From assembly GCF_009914755.1 (NCBI RefSeq), contig NC_060928.1: a stretch of 64,000 nucleotides of DNA; one strand, given 5' to 3'. The notes under the pieces are model-generated. The model saw only the letters and a list, made by a program, of their open reading frames with translations. It did no database searches and had not been told where the DNA came from. Position 1 is the stretch's first letter. Every line of letters starts with the position of its first letter. The DNA is from the human T2T-CHM13v2.0 reference genome, Homo sapiens. The translations under genes and the position numbers were made by a program. Positions 1 through 12,779 of this stretch are shown piece after piece.

Positions 1-39
1 GTTATGGCCTTAGATAACCTGGTGGCAATTTAAAGAACA

Positions 40-200
40 TCAGTTATAAAGTCATACAGGTAGAAGTTCAAATCTTGAATCCACCACTTACTATATACAA
101 AGCTAATTGCATATTTTTGGGCAAATTATTTAACCTCCGAGGGCTGCAATTTCTTTGCCAACAATCCATGCCTCATAGGAACACTAAATGTGAGCATGTG
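40..200 (+). mobile_element. MIR SINE fragment
   Basis: Degenerate MIR core: gttcaaatcttgaatccaccacttact...ttgggcaaattatttaacctc...cctcatagg. Boundaries approximate. Confidence 0.55.
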
Positions 201-1291
201 CCTAAGACACATATTACAGAGCCGGCAGATGATAGCTGTTGGAATTTGAGTTGATTTAAGCATTAAAGAGCAGGCTGAGGTAGAACATCCCAAACATGAG
301 ATTCTTTAAGTCTATGAATCTTTGAGTCCTGACATGGAGCTTTCTATCTAAACTCAAAATGTATGCCTACCTTGTGTAATTTAAAATCCCCACTCTGCAT
401 GTGATGAATAGAATCATCCAGATGTGGTCAGTAAATTATGAAAAATCACTTAGTCCTTTCTGCTGAGAGAGGTAAAGAGGTTGTCCCAAATATCATATTT
501 GCCAAATATTATGCTTATTGCTTTATTAAATTTATCCCTGCTAATGTATTCATATAAGTAAAGCACCCAAGCCTGCTTCATCGCTGATGTGAGTATCAGC
601 AGACACAGCAATATCAACAAAATAACTCTATGCGATTACATTCTCTCCCATACTCAAATTAACCCAAGGATTTTTGGATACCATGAGGAAATGTACATAC
701 ACGGATTAATATGGCTTCTGTGATTAATAGATGTAATGGGCTTGGGCGGGGAGGAGAAGGAGAGTGTGTCAGGAGGGAGGAAAATTTCTCTGGGATTCTT
801 CCCATAATTTTTAAAACACCTAATAGCCAAAGGGGTTATCTCTTTATTTCAAAACTCTCTAGTAAGTGTAATTAGATATTGAGGCCTTGGAACATGCTGC
901 AGTCTACAAGAATAAAGTATAGACATTTTCTACTTATTTCATTTGTCTGGAACTTGAAAAATCTTTTATTTCAGCCCAGAGGGCAAAACAGGAAGACAGA
1001 GTTTGCTACCCAGGAAAATTATTAGGTACTTGTCAATTTCTTCTTGAATGATCCTCTAATAATCGCTAATGGTTATTGAACTTATTGCTGACATTATGGA
1101 ATGTTACATAAGAGAGAGAAAAAACAATCTTTCTTGATTCCTTTTTGACAAGATATAGCGTTAAGTAAAAAGTTGATCCAATAATCCTCATTTTGGCTTA
1201 AAAATGTATTAATTCTCAATCAAAATAGCAATTTGAAACTTTGCCTTGACCAACTTCACATCATATATATATTATGAAAAAGTAAGAAGGA

Positions 1292-1486
1292 GGCCGGGAG
1301 CAGTGGCTCACACCAGTAATCCCAGCATTTTGGGAGGCCAAGGCAGGCAGATCATGAGGTCAGGAGTTTGAGACCAGCCTGGCCACCATGGTGAAACCCT
1401 GTTTCTACTAAAAACACACCAGGCACTCCAGCCTGGGTGACAGAGCAAGACTGTCTTGGGGAAAAAAAAAAAAAAAAAAAAAAAAA
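1292..1486 (+). mobile_element. AluS (Sg-like) with most of the right arm deleted
   Basis: The left arm ggccgggagcagtggctcac...ctactaaaaa joins directly to the Alu 3' end gcactccagcctgggtgacagagcaagac. Poly(A) is present, with TSD aaaaagtaagaagg at 1277-1290 and 1482-1495. Confidence 0.93.
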
Positions 1487-1809
1487 GTAAGAAGGCAAGA
1501 AAACGGGGAAGGAATGGGAAGGGGTAAGAAGAAGGAAAAGGAAACTGAAAAAGAGAAACATAGGTCTGAAGAATAATTGTTTGTGAGAGTATCACTGAAA
1601 AACATTGCATTACGAACTTCTTTATATTATTATTTCTTATCTTAAAATTTTTTTTATTTATTAACAAAACATTTCCATTTTCAAAAACCAGTTTATTTAT
1701 TCTAAGGCTAAGATACAAGGATGCTTCTCCACTGTCATTTCTTACTACTATTATTCCTTTTTTGTTCTTTTATATTTTTACCCCTAGGCTAGGGATAAGA
1801 GTGGAGATC

Positions 1810-2045
1810 TGAATACAAGAAACTAGTATTCAGGATACGGGTCCTGGTTGTGATTCTCTCCTAATCCTTCGTGTGACTGGAGTTATGTCGTGTGACTCTC
1901 ATAAACAATGGGTTTTCCTTCTTTGTACGTAATAGTTGGCAGAAGTGGTTACGTCCTTGCCACAAGGAAAAAGTCTCATGAGATGATTAATCTAAAACTT
2001 ATTTTAGAAATATAAAGGACTTTATGAATTCAAGGCAGTATATTA
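1810..2045 (+). mobile_element. MIR (MIRc-like) fragment
   Basis: Degenerate match to MIR core and 3' end (...tataaaggactttatgaattcaaggcagtatatta). Confidence 0.4.
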
Positions 2046-4020
2046 AGAAAATATCCCCTCAAACAATGAACCAATGAGACTGGCAAAGATCTTGATTTTC
2101 CTGATTTTCATTTAGATTCTTAACATTTGAGTCCATTGATATATTCGAAGCTCTACCCTTCTGGAAAATATCATAAGATTTGAAAAATATAGCTGCAAAG
2201 AGCAAAAGAAGATTTGCGTCTCAATAGAAAAGATCTACAGATTGAATATTGCATAGAAAACAATTTATTCACCTTACAAAGATAAAAGGATGAAAACGCC
2301 CTGAGCAGTAATAAAACTTCGCCATTTTGGGGAGGGCCTCAAGAGGCTATCTTATCAATCTTGGTCGTTGGAAAAGTATCTGTAATCTCAAAGAAAACTT
2401 TAAATACTGTCCAAGGAAAATATCCAAATACATCTTAAAATGCCACTGTTTTTTATTCTTTTGCCTTCAGTGAAAGTATCTTTGCCCATCCTTTCACATG
2501 GGAAAAATCCATTTAGAATTAGAATGTTATTGTTTACAGATTTGTTCTACATTATTAACATAACCTAATAAAATATCCTAACAACTAGTTAAAACATAAT
2601 TATAATGTACTAAACATCTTAGGTTGCTTTGTAGAAAAAATCTCTCTCATATATTTGGAATATTTGAGCTTATTTAATTAAGTTTAAACCCATACAGTTT
2701 TATTTCAGAAAACCTATCTCACTGAGTAGTGCTGATAAATTAATAGGCAATTATTTGGCTATTATGTCTACACAACTTTTCGGATCATTAAATGAAACTA
2801 AATCATAAAGATTTAAATGGAAAAGAGAATGACATGACAACCAAAGAAAAAAAAAAAAACAACAAGAAGAGTAAAGGAAAGTGGTTGAAGAAAGAGAGAA
2901 ATGGGGAAGTAGTTGGTAAGCACCTGAGGAAGGAAAGAAGGCAGACATTGACGGAGAAATGGAGTGAGTGAACCTCTCTAACCATAGGTATTTTTCTTCA
3001 TAGGATTTAATCTACTCAATGAACAATTTTGACCGCTCTGGAAATAAACAAATGCTATCCTAACTCCTCTTTGCTGTAGCTTAATCTGCCTGAGAAGAGA
3101 GTAAACAGGAAATGGTCTGGGAGTCCCCAGATACTTTTCCCCAGTTTTGAGGTTGACATCTGCAGTGCAATGAAGGCATTGCAGACACCCTCAGTAGAAA
3201 GTAGGGTGTAACAGTACATTGATAGCAATTTTTTGACACTTACAAAACGTTAGTATACATAGAAATGCTGACTCCCACTAAAGAGCTAGCAGTGGTCCAG
3301 TTTTGTTACTTTTTGGAACTTAATGATAAAAAAAAAAAAACAGGTGTTTTTTTCTATGGCTTGACAGGTCTTTATCAATAGGTCACTGGGCAAGGACCAT
3401 GTCCATTGAGGTACTGTGAAAGATATATATTTACATACATCTCAATTGTGGCAATGTTTTTCTGATATTCAGAATTCTAATCAGAACCAGCATAACTCTT
3501 GTCAGTGTCAGAAGTTATGGGATAGGAATGAAGAAGGGAGAGTGTTGAGGGTAGGAGGTGAAGGGTGTGGAGACTAAACAGATCTTCTCCAAAGTGTATT
3601 TTGTGGAACAGGAAACTACATACGGATACTCTCTCTCTCTGCAAAACATTTTTGATCAAATAAGTTTAAGAAACTTTGGAGATTAAAAATATACATTAGC
3701 ATACAGTAAGTACACATGTGACAATACTCAAAAAAAAGGTTCTGAAAACTCCCCAAAATACAGCATTTCCCAAACAATTCTGTCCAGTGGCTTTGTTGAT
3801 AATATTTGGAAGCATTGCTGTTAAAGATTGCAGTTTGGTCTATGGGAGCCACATATGACTTTATGTCAACAAAAAGCAGGGCAAAATATGTCACACTGCT
3901 TAGAAGTCACCTTAATAGAAGAGAGCTCTTCACATATTTTAGCCCTAATTTTGCAAATGTAAATGCCTGGGAATTCCTGCATACTAAGGACGTCTGCATT
4001 GTCTTTAGTGTTCCTTCACT

Positions 4021-4175
4021 AAGTGGTCCTCAAGTCTGGCTGCACACTAGAATTCCCCTGGGGGTCTTTTTAAACATAAAAAGAGATTCCGATTTATTTG
4101 ATTTGGGCTGGGACCTGACTATCAGCATTTCGAAAAGTTCTCCTGCAATTCTAGTGCTGTCAGGGTGAGAATCAC
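4021..4175. mobile_element. MER5-family (MER5B-like) hAT-Charlie MITE
   Basis: agtggtcctcaagtctggctgcacactagaattcccctgggg...agagattccgatttatttgatttgggctgggacctg...agggtgagaatcac resembles MER5. Confidence 0.6.
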
Positions 4176-6365
4176 AAATGTAAAAACAAATTGCGGGAAT
4201 ACATTTTGAGGCCAATGAAAATGTTTAGCTGATAACTAGAAGCTTTTGATCAGCCTGGTAGGCTGTGGTACGGCCTTTTGTAAAAGGTATTTGCAAATGA
4301 TAGCAGCTTAGAAATCCTTTCATTCAATGCTAGCTCACCATCAGCCTTGTTCTCTTCCCTCCTAATCTTTTTTGTTTTGCTTTATGTTAGCCCTCTTGTT
4401 ATGGTCTCTCCCCACACCCCACCCCATGCCTTATAGAAGAGTATTAGTGTTGTCTCCCTCTCCTTGCTGTGAGGAATCACTCACAGATGAAAACAGCTTC
4501 AGTGGTCATGCAGCTGAGGATAATTGGATTTGGTATCACCAACTGTCTAAATGCATACAGGCCAATATAAGCTGCTTCACTCTCAGCTACACTTGGGAGG
4601 CCAAAAATAGTAATTATCACAGCAGAGAATCTTATACTATTGCACATGGAGCCAACAGCCCCTCCCATTCTCACAGCACGCTACCTTTTATGGGCAATTT
4701 GCTCTCCTCCTAATTGGACATTTAGGTGGCACACAACAGCCCAGTCTCTTGTCTCAACTTGTGCAGGCTTTTTTAATTTACACACATAGTTTGCACTGGC
4801 ATCTAACTTTCTTTTATTATTGTCAAACGATATCTGACTTTTTTCTTCATGCAACAACTTAACGTAAGTGTGGATTAGAGTGTCAACTCCCAACAATAAG
4901 AAACGTAGGACTGGTTTTTATCTCCTTTTTGGAGGGAGTGAGGGGAGGGCTGCTGTGCAGACAGTGTGCACTGCTGGTTTAGAGAAAATCTTTAGAGAGT
5001 CATTTTTCATTTTCCCCAGATAGTTCTGCAAACACAAAACACTGAAAATAAAACACAAAAGCTAGTATCTATTGAATGCATATGTGAGAAGGAAGACGTG
5101 AAGGGAAGTGAAGGAGAGAGAAAGGGAGTGAAGTCTGAAGGAAGGATAGGGAGAAAAGAGAAAGGTTGGCATTTGGGATGAAATGTTGAGAGCTCAGATG
5201 CCTTTACCTGAAATCCTGTTACTGAATAACTTCATAAATGCTCTTTTTAAGTTCGTGAAACCTATAGTCTGACAATTTTGCTCAAATACTGATAAAGTGA
5301 TTTATTTAAAAGTGCTTCTTTCCAGAAAATCCACAAAATGGAGTCAAATGGTCTCTTCTCCACTCCCACCATCAATTTTTGTTATCTGTATCAGCAAGGG
5401 AATGATGTTTATGGTTTCTTTTCAGTCTCAACTGCATAAAGAAGAAATCTGTTTTTCATCAAGCACTCATTGACTTTTTAAAAAATACGATAGCAGAAAA
5501 AGATCAAAATATATAAAGTGAGATAACTTCTTTAAATAAGGAAATCATCTCCATATAGAAAAATTAATCAAACTGAACCGAATACCCAAATCAAAGGGGT
5601 TGAAAGGATGTAATCATCTGTTCTCACATCTCAGCATGACTAACTGGACCAACTGACATATTTCAGAACAGGATCTCTAAGAGTCTCTTGAATTTCTGGT
5701 ATTGGCCTCTGAGCAAAGAAAAAGAGCTCAATATGGTTTTCTACACTTCTTTTACATACTGAAAAATCTCTTTCCATATAGTTACATCATGTTATTGCAC
5801 CCCATGTACTTGATCATTCTTCTATATTTCATACTTTATTCAATTAGCATGCCAAACCAATTTATGTATCCAAGAAACACAGAAAAGTTCTATGGAACAT
5901 CCTAATATTACAAATCCAATGAGAAAGGATTCTGGAACTAAGGCTTACTTTCTTAGCAGGCATTTAATCCTCAGGGAGAGCGAGCCTGGGTAGCCCTGTG
6001 AAGGGTAACGGTTCCCTCAGGCAGTATTTCTGCACCTCAGCAAAGTGCTTGAAATAGAATTTTTTTCCTTCTTAGACTTGGATGAGTCAGATGACTATTT
6101 TAATGAAGTGATGAGCTGTAGTGAGCTAATATGACTATAATGTATAATGTCATTTGGAGCACTAGTGATCTTTGAAAGAACACCACAGGAGACGACCCCC
6201 AAGTGTGGATCTAGCCATGCTGTTCATTCTCACCGTATCCTGACTTACAGCTCATCTGTTTGTCAATTGAACAGACTCTATTTTCTTATGTTTTCTCAAA
6301 AGAAACAATAAACATTATCTATTCTCCCTTTATTTACCCCCTTACTTCTCACTGACCTTAACTGG

Positions 6366-6737
6366 TGTGAACCCCCAAAATTTGAGACAGGCCTCAGTTA
6401 ATTTAGAAAGCTTATTTTGCCAAGGTTGAGGACGCACACTCATGACACAGCCTCAGGAGGTCTTGATGACATGTGCCCAAGGTGGTCGGGGCACAGCTTG
6501 GTTTTACACATTTTAGGGAGACATGAAACATCAATCAGTATATGTAAGAACCAAGAACATTGGTTCAGTCCAGAAAGGTGGGGACAACTCAAAGCAGGGA
6601 GGGGGCTTCCAGGTCACAGGTAGGTGACAGACAAATGGTTGCATTCTTTTGAGTTTCTGATAAGCCTTTCCAAAGGAGGCAATCAGATATGCATTTATCT
6701 CAGTGAGCAGAGTGGTGACTTTGAAGAGAATGTGGAG
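6366..6737 (-). mobile_element. MER4A1-like ERV1 solo LTR, 5'-truncated
   Basis: The reverse complement matches MER4A1 (…cactgagataaatgcatatctgattgcctcctttggaaaggc…accaagctgtgccccgaccaccttgggcacatgtc…ggggttcaca). About 85 bp of the LTR 5' end is absent. Confidence 0.85.
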
Positions 6738-6908
6738 CCTAAGGTCATTTCTACCAGCCAATGATGTGTGGCCAGGTTTTGGATGTTGGAAAACAGACAG
6801 GGACATCAGGAAATGGATACACATTAAGAGTTCCCGCACAGGGAATTAACAAGATAAAACTTGCTTTTCAGTGAATAACCTAAGAGTCATATTTAAATTA
6901 TAATACAA

Positions 6909-7180
6909 TAATGGGTACAAAAAGTACTTGAAAAGAATAAGTAAGATCTAGTATTTGACAGCACAACGGGGGGACTATGGTCAATGACAATTTAACTGTA
7001 CACTTTAAAATAACTGAAAGGGTGTAACTGGATTATTTGTAACACAAAAGATAGATGCTTCAGGGGATGAATACCTAATTTTCCATGATGTGATTATTAC
7101 ACATTGCCTTTACCAAAATATCTCATGTACCCCATAAATATATACACCTACTATGAACCCACAATCTTTTAAATTAAACA
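6909..7180 (+). mobile_element. L1MA (L1MA2/3-like) 3'UTR fragment
   Basis: aatgggtacaaaaa...agatctagtatttgacagcacaac...tctcatgtaccccataaatatatacacctactatg, typical of an L1MA 3' end. Confidence 0.8.
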
Positions 7181-7239
7181 CATTTTTTAATTAAATAAAT
7201 TAATAATAATAAAATGGAAAAAGACTGGTTTAAGAGACA

Positions 7240-7780
7240 GGAGCTATGAAATTTTTAGTATTGCAGCTATAAATGCAAATCTAAAATAGGGAAGGGAGGA
7301 GAGGGGGTGAATTAGGCTGATCTTTAAGTGAAAAATAACCTGAGAAATTAGAATATGACTGGATCTAAATAATGTGAGGCATAAATACTTCAAAACTGAC
7401 TGCAAAAACAAAGGCCTTCAAAATTGAATGATTTTGTTACCAGAAATAGAGAAGTTTAAACAGACAGACAATTTGCTAGGAAGATAAATTTGATTTTAGA
7501 CATTCTGGGTTTGAAATAAAGACAAAATATACAAATAAATCTAACAGCTGCCAGTAATTTCACAGTGATACTTCCATGAGAAATCAGGGCTGGAGCTGAA
7601 TATGGCGTCAAAGGTAAAGGTGATATATATGAGGCTATGAGTGGGTGAGTAGTCCCAAAACTGAATACAGAGGAACTTTTACAGGGTAGAGATGCTGGAG
7701 GAGCAGGGAAAAATAAGATGCTGGATGCAATGGAAAATGAGAGTGCAGAATTAGGCAAGTCAGAGAAAGAGCGACCACAG
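7240..7780 (-). mobile_element. L2 LINE fragment
   Basis: Purine-rich degenerate L2 antisense pattern (tttgattttagacattctgggtttgaa...tcagggctggagctgaatatggcgtc). Confidence 0.4.
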
Positions 7781-7891
7781 GGAAAGGTAACATGGTGTGT
7801 TGATTTGGGTTCAGGATTTACTATTTTTAAATTTCATGAACCTTCCCTGGACATAATTTTTTGTATGTAAAATAAGGGTTTAGGATGAGAT

Positions 7892-8112
7892 CAGCATTTC
7901 CCACAAGTTGTTCCACGTAAGATTTTAAAACCTACACGAAGCAAAGAAAGTGTCCTGTGTTCAGATATACTTGGGCAATGTTTGTTTAAACACAGTTAAA
8001 CAGATTTTGTTTATCGCAGGACTTAGAATTTTTACAACACTGATTTGCACCATGAATCTCCAGCAAGAGAGATATAGTTTGCAGTATTTCCTAAGTTATT
8101 TAACAAAGGAAC

Positions 8113-8147
<35 letters not shown>

Positions 8148-8195
8148 ATACCATCTTGAAGAATAGTGTTCCAGGGAACTATAAAAATACTAGAC
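7892..8195. mobile_element. hAT-Charlie (Charlie4-like) DNA transposon fossil inserted into a MIR3
   Basis: Starts cagcatttcccacaagttgttcc, has an internal gcagtatttcctaag, and ends ...agtgttccagggaac. MIR3-like sequence resumes after it (gatttctaacgactcttccaactc). Confidence 0.4.
8115..8144. repeat. (TG)n microsatellite
   Basis: Direct reading. Confidence 0.95.
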
Positions 8196-8889
8196 AGGGA
8201 GATTTCTAACGACTCTTCCAACTCCAGAATTTTATCAGGCTTAATTACATCATCTTATTTGTTTATTTATCTTTTTTTTTTAACAGTAATAAAGGCACAG
8301 AAATGTGATTATCGTTGTTAAATGTTGCCTTTGAATCCAGAAATATATATTTATTATTCCAAACTCTATTTCTGATCTCTATTTATCACTGATATACTAC
8401 ACTGTCAAAAATGACACATTAATATAGTTCTCCAAATGGGTTATGTTCTTACAAATTTAGTAGCTTTATTTCTGTCAAAAATAGGACTTTCATGCCTTTA
8501 CACACTGGATAAAGCATCTACTTTTTTCCCTCAAAACTGACAGCTCCTAAGAATTATAAATTATAAATTACATAGCATTTTAAAAAGAAAAAAATCATTT
8601 TATGCTTTATTCTTTACTGTGTTTATCTCCGGCTCCAATAATGAAGAAAACAAACTACTTTTGCCTGACTCCTGCATTTAGCTGTAGTTCTCTCTCTCTG
8701 CCTGCTGCTGTTGATTCCAGACTGTACCTTCATTCTCAAAGATGCTCACACTCCTAGGCAGAACTAAAAATGTCCTTGGTTTGGCCTTACCCACTCTACA
8801 GACCAGGCTCAACTCTGGCAACCTGGCCCAAGTCAAAGTGATGGTCCCACTCAGCTGGCTCTTCCTACCTTCATTCAGAGAGATATAAA

Positions 8890-9184
8890 TTTTTTTTTTT
8901 TTTTTTAGACGGAGTCTCGCAGTCGCCCAGGCTGGAGTACAGTGGCGCGATCTCCTCTCACTGCAAGCTCCGCCTCCTGGGTTCACGCCATGCTCCTGCC
9001 TCAGCCGCCCCAGCAGCTGGGACTACAGGTGCCCGCCACCACGCCCGGCTAATTTTTTGTATTTTTAGTAGAGACGGGGTTTCACCGTGTTAGCCAGGAT
9101 GGTCTCGATCTCCTGACCTCGTGATCCGCCCGCCTCAGCCTCCTAAAGTGCTGGGATTACAGGCGTGAGTCATCGCGCCCGGCC
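8890..9184 (-). mobile_element. AluY
   Basis: Poly(T) followed by an antisense Alu with Y diagnostics (ctgcaagctccgcctcc, gttcacgcca, ccgtgttagccaggatggtctcgatctcc). CpG-rich, with a short TSD aaattt. Confidence 0.95.
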
Positions 9185-9208
9185 AAATTTGGTTATTTTT
9201 AAGCAAAC

Positions 9209-9227
9209 TATATATATACACACACAC

Positions 9228-9281
<54 letters not shown>
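9209..9281. repeat. Compound (TA)n(CA)n(TA)n(TG)n microsatellite containing a 26-bp perfect palindrome (9218-9243)
   Basis: acacacacacata|tatgtgtgtgtgt is followed by a long TG run. The alternating purine-pyrimidine sequence is Z-DNA/cruciform prone. Confidence 0.9.
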
Positions 9282-9283
<2 letters not shown>

Positions 9284-11427
9284 ATAGCGAAAGGATCAAA
9301 GGATATTATTAGAGCAAATGCTAACAATAAAACTTTAGCTATTTCCTACTTCCATCACTGTTATTTTTATTTCTATTATTATGAACATGTATAATTGTAT
9401 ACATAGAAATTTTTTAAAGTTTGATTACCTGACTTGCTAACACTCAAAAGATTATAATAATAACAGAATGAAAGTTTGGGTGGTAGGAATAAAAATTGAG
9501 AGGCAGTTACTCTGACAGCAATGAAGTGACAATTGATATCAAGAAAGGTGATAGAAAAAAGCACACATTGAGATGAATTGCTCCATAGGAAGGGGTGTTC
9601 ATTCAAAATGATGCTCTTGTGTCATCAAGAAAAGGTGAATTATAATGCTATAGTTTGTGTGTTGGATGGCATGGAAATAGATTTTATAAAATTTTAATAC
9701 AGAATAAAAATAGATAAAATGGTTTGGCACACAAAGGGGTAAGGTTGAATTATTTGGAAAATGTGCATGAAATACCTCATCTTTTACTGCTGGATAAATG
9801 AGACATCAGTATAGTAAATATGTATTAAACTATATTACAGATGGCCAGATATTGTTTACTGTTTGGTTTTTATCAAAATATTATTGTTAAAGTCTGTTCA
9901 ATTTAATCTGCTTATGTGAAAAACAGCAAGGACACATTTTTAATTGTGCACGTTTCAAACAGGCAGAATGGTGCCCTGGTCCATCACGGCACTGAAGGCT
10001 TGACAGCAGGGTGGGCTATCTGGCTGTCTTCTAAAAGGTCTCAGTGTCAGCGGCATTTCCTTAGTGCAATATTTTGTAAACTTTTCCAACCAAGATGTAG
10101 AAGACAATCAACAGATTTCAATAGGAGATCTGGGGAAATCTAGCAGTTTTTTAAAATTTCAAACTTACAACATTTGTTTCAGAAACTTTAAATCCCATAA
10201 ACACCTTCGTTTTCCTCGCATTCAAAGCATGTAAGTTTAGCTTTAGATCTCAAGGCAGTAGCTGTAGCACCCACACAAATGTAGCTATAGAATCATAGTC
10301 ACTTCACACACCTCACAAACTAAAGGAAAGATGGTTACAAATTTTTTAAAGAAAACCCAAACTATACTTATCTCCAGTTTAACGAAGAATATGAAGAGCT
10401 CTTTTCAGTCTTCTCCCAAATAGGACAATTTTATGATAGAGAAAATGACGAGTAACAATTATCACTTACAGATTTGTTGGTAGGTAGTCATGCCTCTCCC
10501 TAATTTCTCTGATGTAACCTGATCATCATCCTAAATCTGTTTTCTTATGGAGAAATGCCAGCTCATGTCACATTTATCTTTTTGGGGTAGGAGGTGTATG
10601 CTAAAAACAAAAACTTTCCCATTTAAACTTGTTTACCTCAGAAAGAAGGGTAAGTTAGCACGCCTTACAACAAGAGCACATAACTATTAGCCGACTGTCT
10701 TTGTCAGGAGAGGAAAAACCCTTGAAAGGCGAAGTAAAGTGGACTTATCATTTCAAGTTACACCTGGCATCCTACAGTCACAAAGGACAGTTAGCAAAAT
10801 GTTATTTAAGAAAAGTACACTGAAAGATCCTAAGGCTCTACTAATGCTTAAAATCCCAAAGTAATTATTTCATATATAATCCAAGAAACAAAAAACACCC
10901 TATGTGCAGAAGCTTTTAATGTAGTGGCATCTTCCTGGTTTTCTGAAATTTTGAGATGAGCTTTGTCTTCTATTTTCTTCCTACAAACATTTTAAAGCCT
11001 TCCTAATCTTTTCTTTGCCCTATGATCCTTCATAAGCTGTGCTTTTAGTGCTTAAATAAGTATTCCACTTCGCTATCTAGAGATGGGCTTTTGAGCATGA
11101 ATGACCTACTCTATTGGTAGATTAAGCTCAACATCTCATTTAGGGGAAAATTACACAGCAATCAAGAAATTACATAAGTGTAAATTGTTTTGAATGCACA
11201 CTAGTTTTCAAAATGGCACATATAATTCTCATTATAAATAAATCACATTAAAAATATTGTTTCTGAAATCTCATTTTATTGGAACTCAGCAAAGACATGT
11301 TTGCATATTCCTATATCATGCTTAACTTTCTAATAATTTTTGTTATTCTGAAATTTATAAATGTGCAACTGTACACAATAAAGCCTCAAAAAAACTAATA
11401 CTAAAATTAGGAATTGTTTTATAATTA

Positions 11428-11754
11428 CAGTCGTGTTGCTTAACAATGGGCTTACTTTCAGAGAAATGTGTTGCCAGTTGATTTTGGCATTGTGTGAACA
11501 TCATAGAGTGTACTTACACAAACCTAGATGGTAGAGCCTACTGCACACTTAGGCTATATGATCCTAGGCTACAAACCTTTACAGCGTGTTACTGGATTGA
11601 ATACTGTTGGCAACTGTAACACAATGAAGAACATTTGTGTATCTAAACATATCTAAACATAGAAAAGGCAGAGTAAAAATGCAGTATTATAATCTTATGG
11701 CCCACCATTGTATATGCAGTCTGTTGTTAACCAAAACATTGTTGTGCATAATTG
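11428..11754 (-). mobile_element. Tigger3a (MER7A) Tc1/mariner MITE
   Basis: catcatagagtgtacttacacaaacctagatgg...cctaggctacaaacc...atctaaacatatctaaacatagaaaagg...tattataatcttatgg. Flanked by TA dinucleotides (11426-27 and 11755-56). Confidence 0.88.
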
Positions 11755-12237
11755 TATTTAACCACATTTTACATGCACAAAGAAAGGGAACATATATGTC
11801 TTCTCAGGGCAGAGTATACAGGATACACGTTTCTTGCATATTAGCATCACTGTATGTGGTTATCTACTCAGTGGGCCTGAATCAAGTCATATACAGTGGT
11901 ATATAACTCTGGTGAGTTGTATCTTCTTCCTAAACCATATGAAGGAACTTTCTACTGGATTGATTGAGTAGTATTTATATAGGTCATTTGAATAGTTTTC
12001 CTGTTTTATTTGGTTTATCATTTCATTGACCCAAATCTTTTTTTTATTATTATTATACTCTGATACCATTATTCCTTCAAATTCTACCATCAACTACCTA
12101 TTCCAATATTCAAACTTCAACTCTTTGGATCTCTTTCCTGTCTTGCAAAACACCCAATCTCAGCACTCTAATATTTTTCAATTAATCAATTGATATACAG
12201 AAAGTAGGAGAACTGAGGCCAGAAACAGAAGTAAAGT

Positions 12238-12420
12238 TAATGTAATAGTGGTAAGAGTTAAACTCAATCAGACTACTCAGTCTTTTATTCGAACTTGATT
12301 ACTTCCTGTCTGTGGAGTCCTGGATGTGATGATAACCTCTGCTTCTTGAGGTTAATGTAGGGATGAAATAATGTATAAAAAGTGCTTGGCACAGTGCCTG
12401 ACAGTACCTCCAAATTTTGT
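12238..12420 (+). mobile_element. MIR fragment
   Basis: taatagtggtaagag...atgtataaaaagtgcttggcacagtgcctgaca. Confidence 0.55.
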
Positions 12421-12779
12421 CATTATAGTTAACAATGTGAAGTTGTCATGTGATAGTAAGGACAGAGCTAATAATTCCAAATGCTGCCAGGTGGGTATTT
12501 TGATTTCTTAAACCTTAAAAATTTACTGGACAAGATATCTGAGTTAGTCCTCCTATAACTTTCTTTGAATTTAATTGAACAGCAGGAAAAAATTGTATTT
12601 ACTATTTGCTCTGTCCTAGGTATCAGAGAATAAGTAGAGAGGAAGAAAAGGGAAATAAATAACAAGAAATGACATTTGTTAAATATTAAATAGATGTCAG
12701 GCATTATGCTTGGTATTTTAAACATTATGCCTTAGCCAAATAGATTGAGAAGTTGCCAAGCTGGCAAAAGGTAAAGGTA

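Noticed and set aside
3244-3318. Minus-strand 75-nt exon-like segment (poly-T…AAG acceptor, GTAAGT donor)
   Set aside because: All frames are closed, the acceptor is AAG and the exonic side of the donor is TTT. It is likely a chance pseudo-exon beside a poly(A) run.
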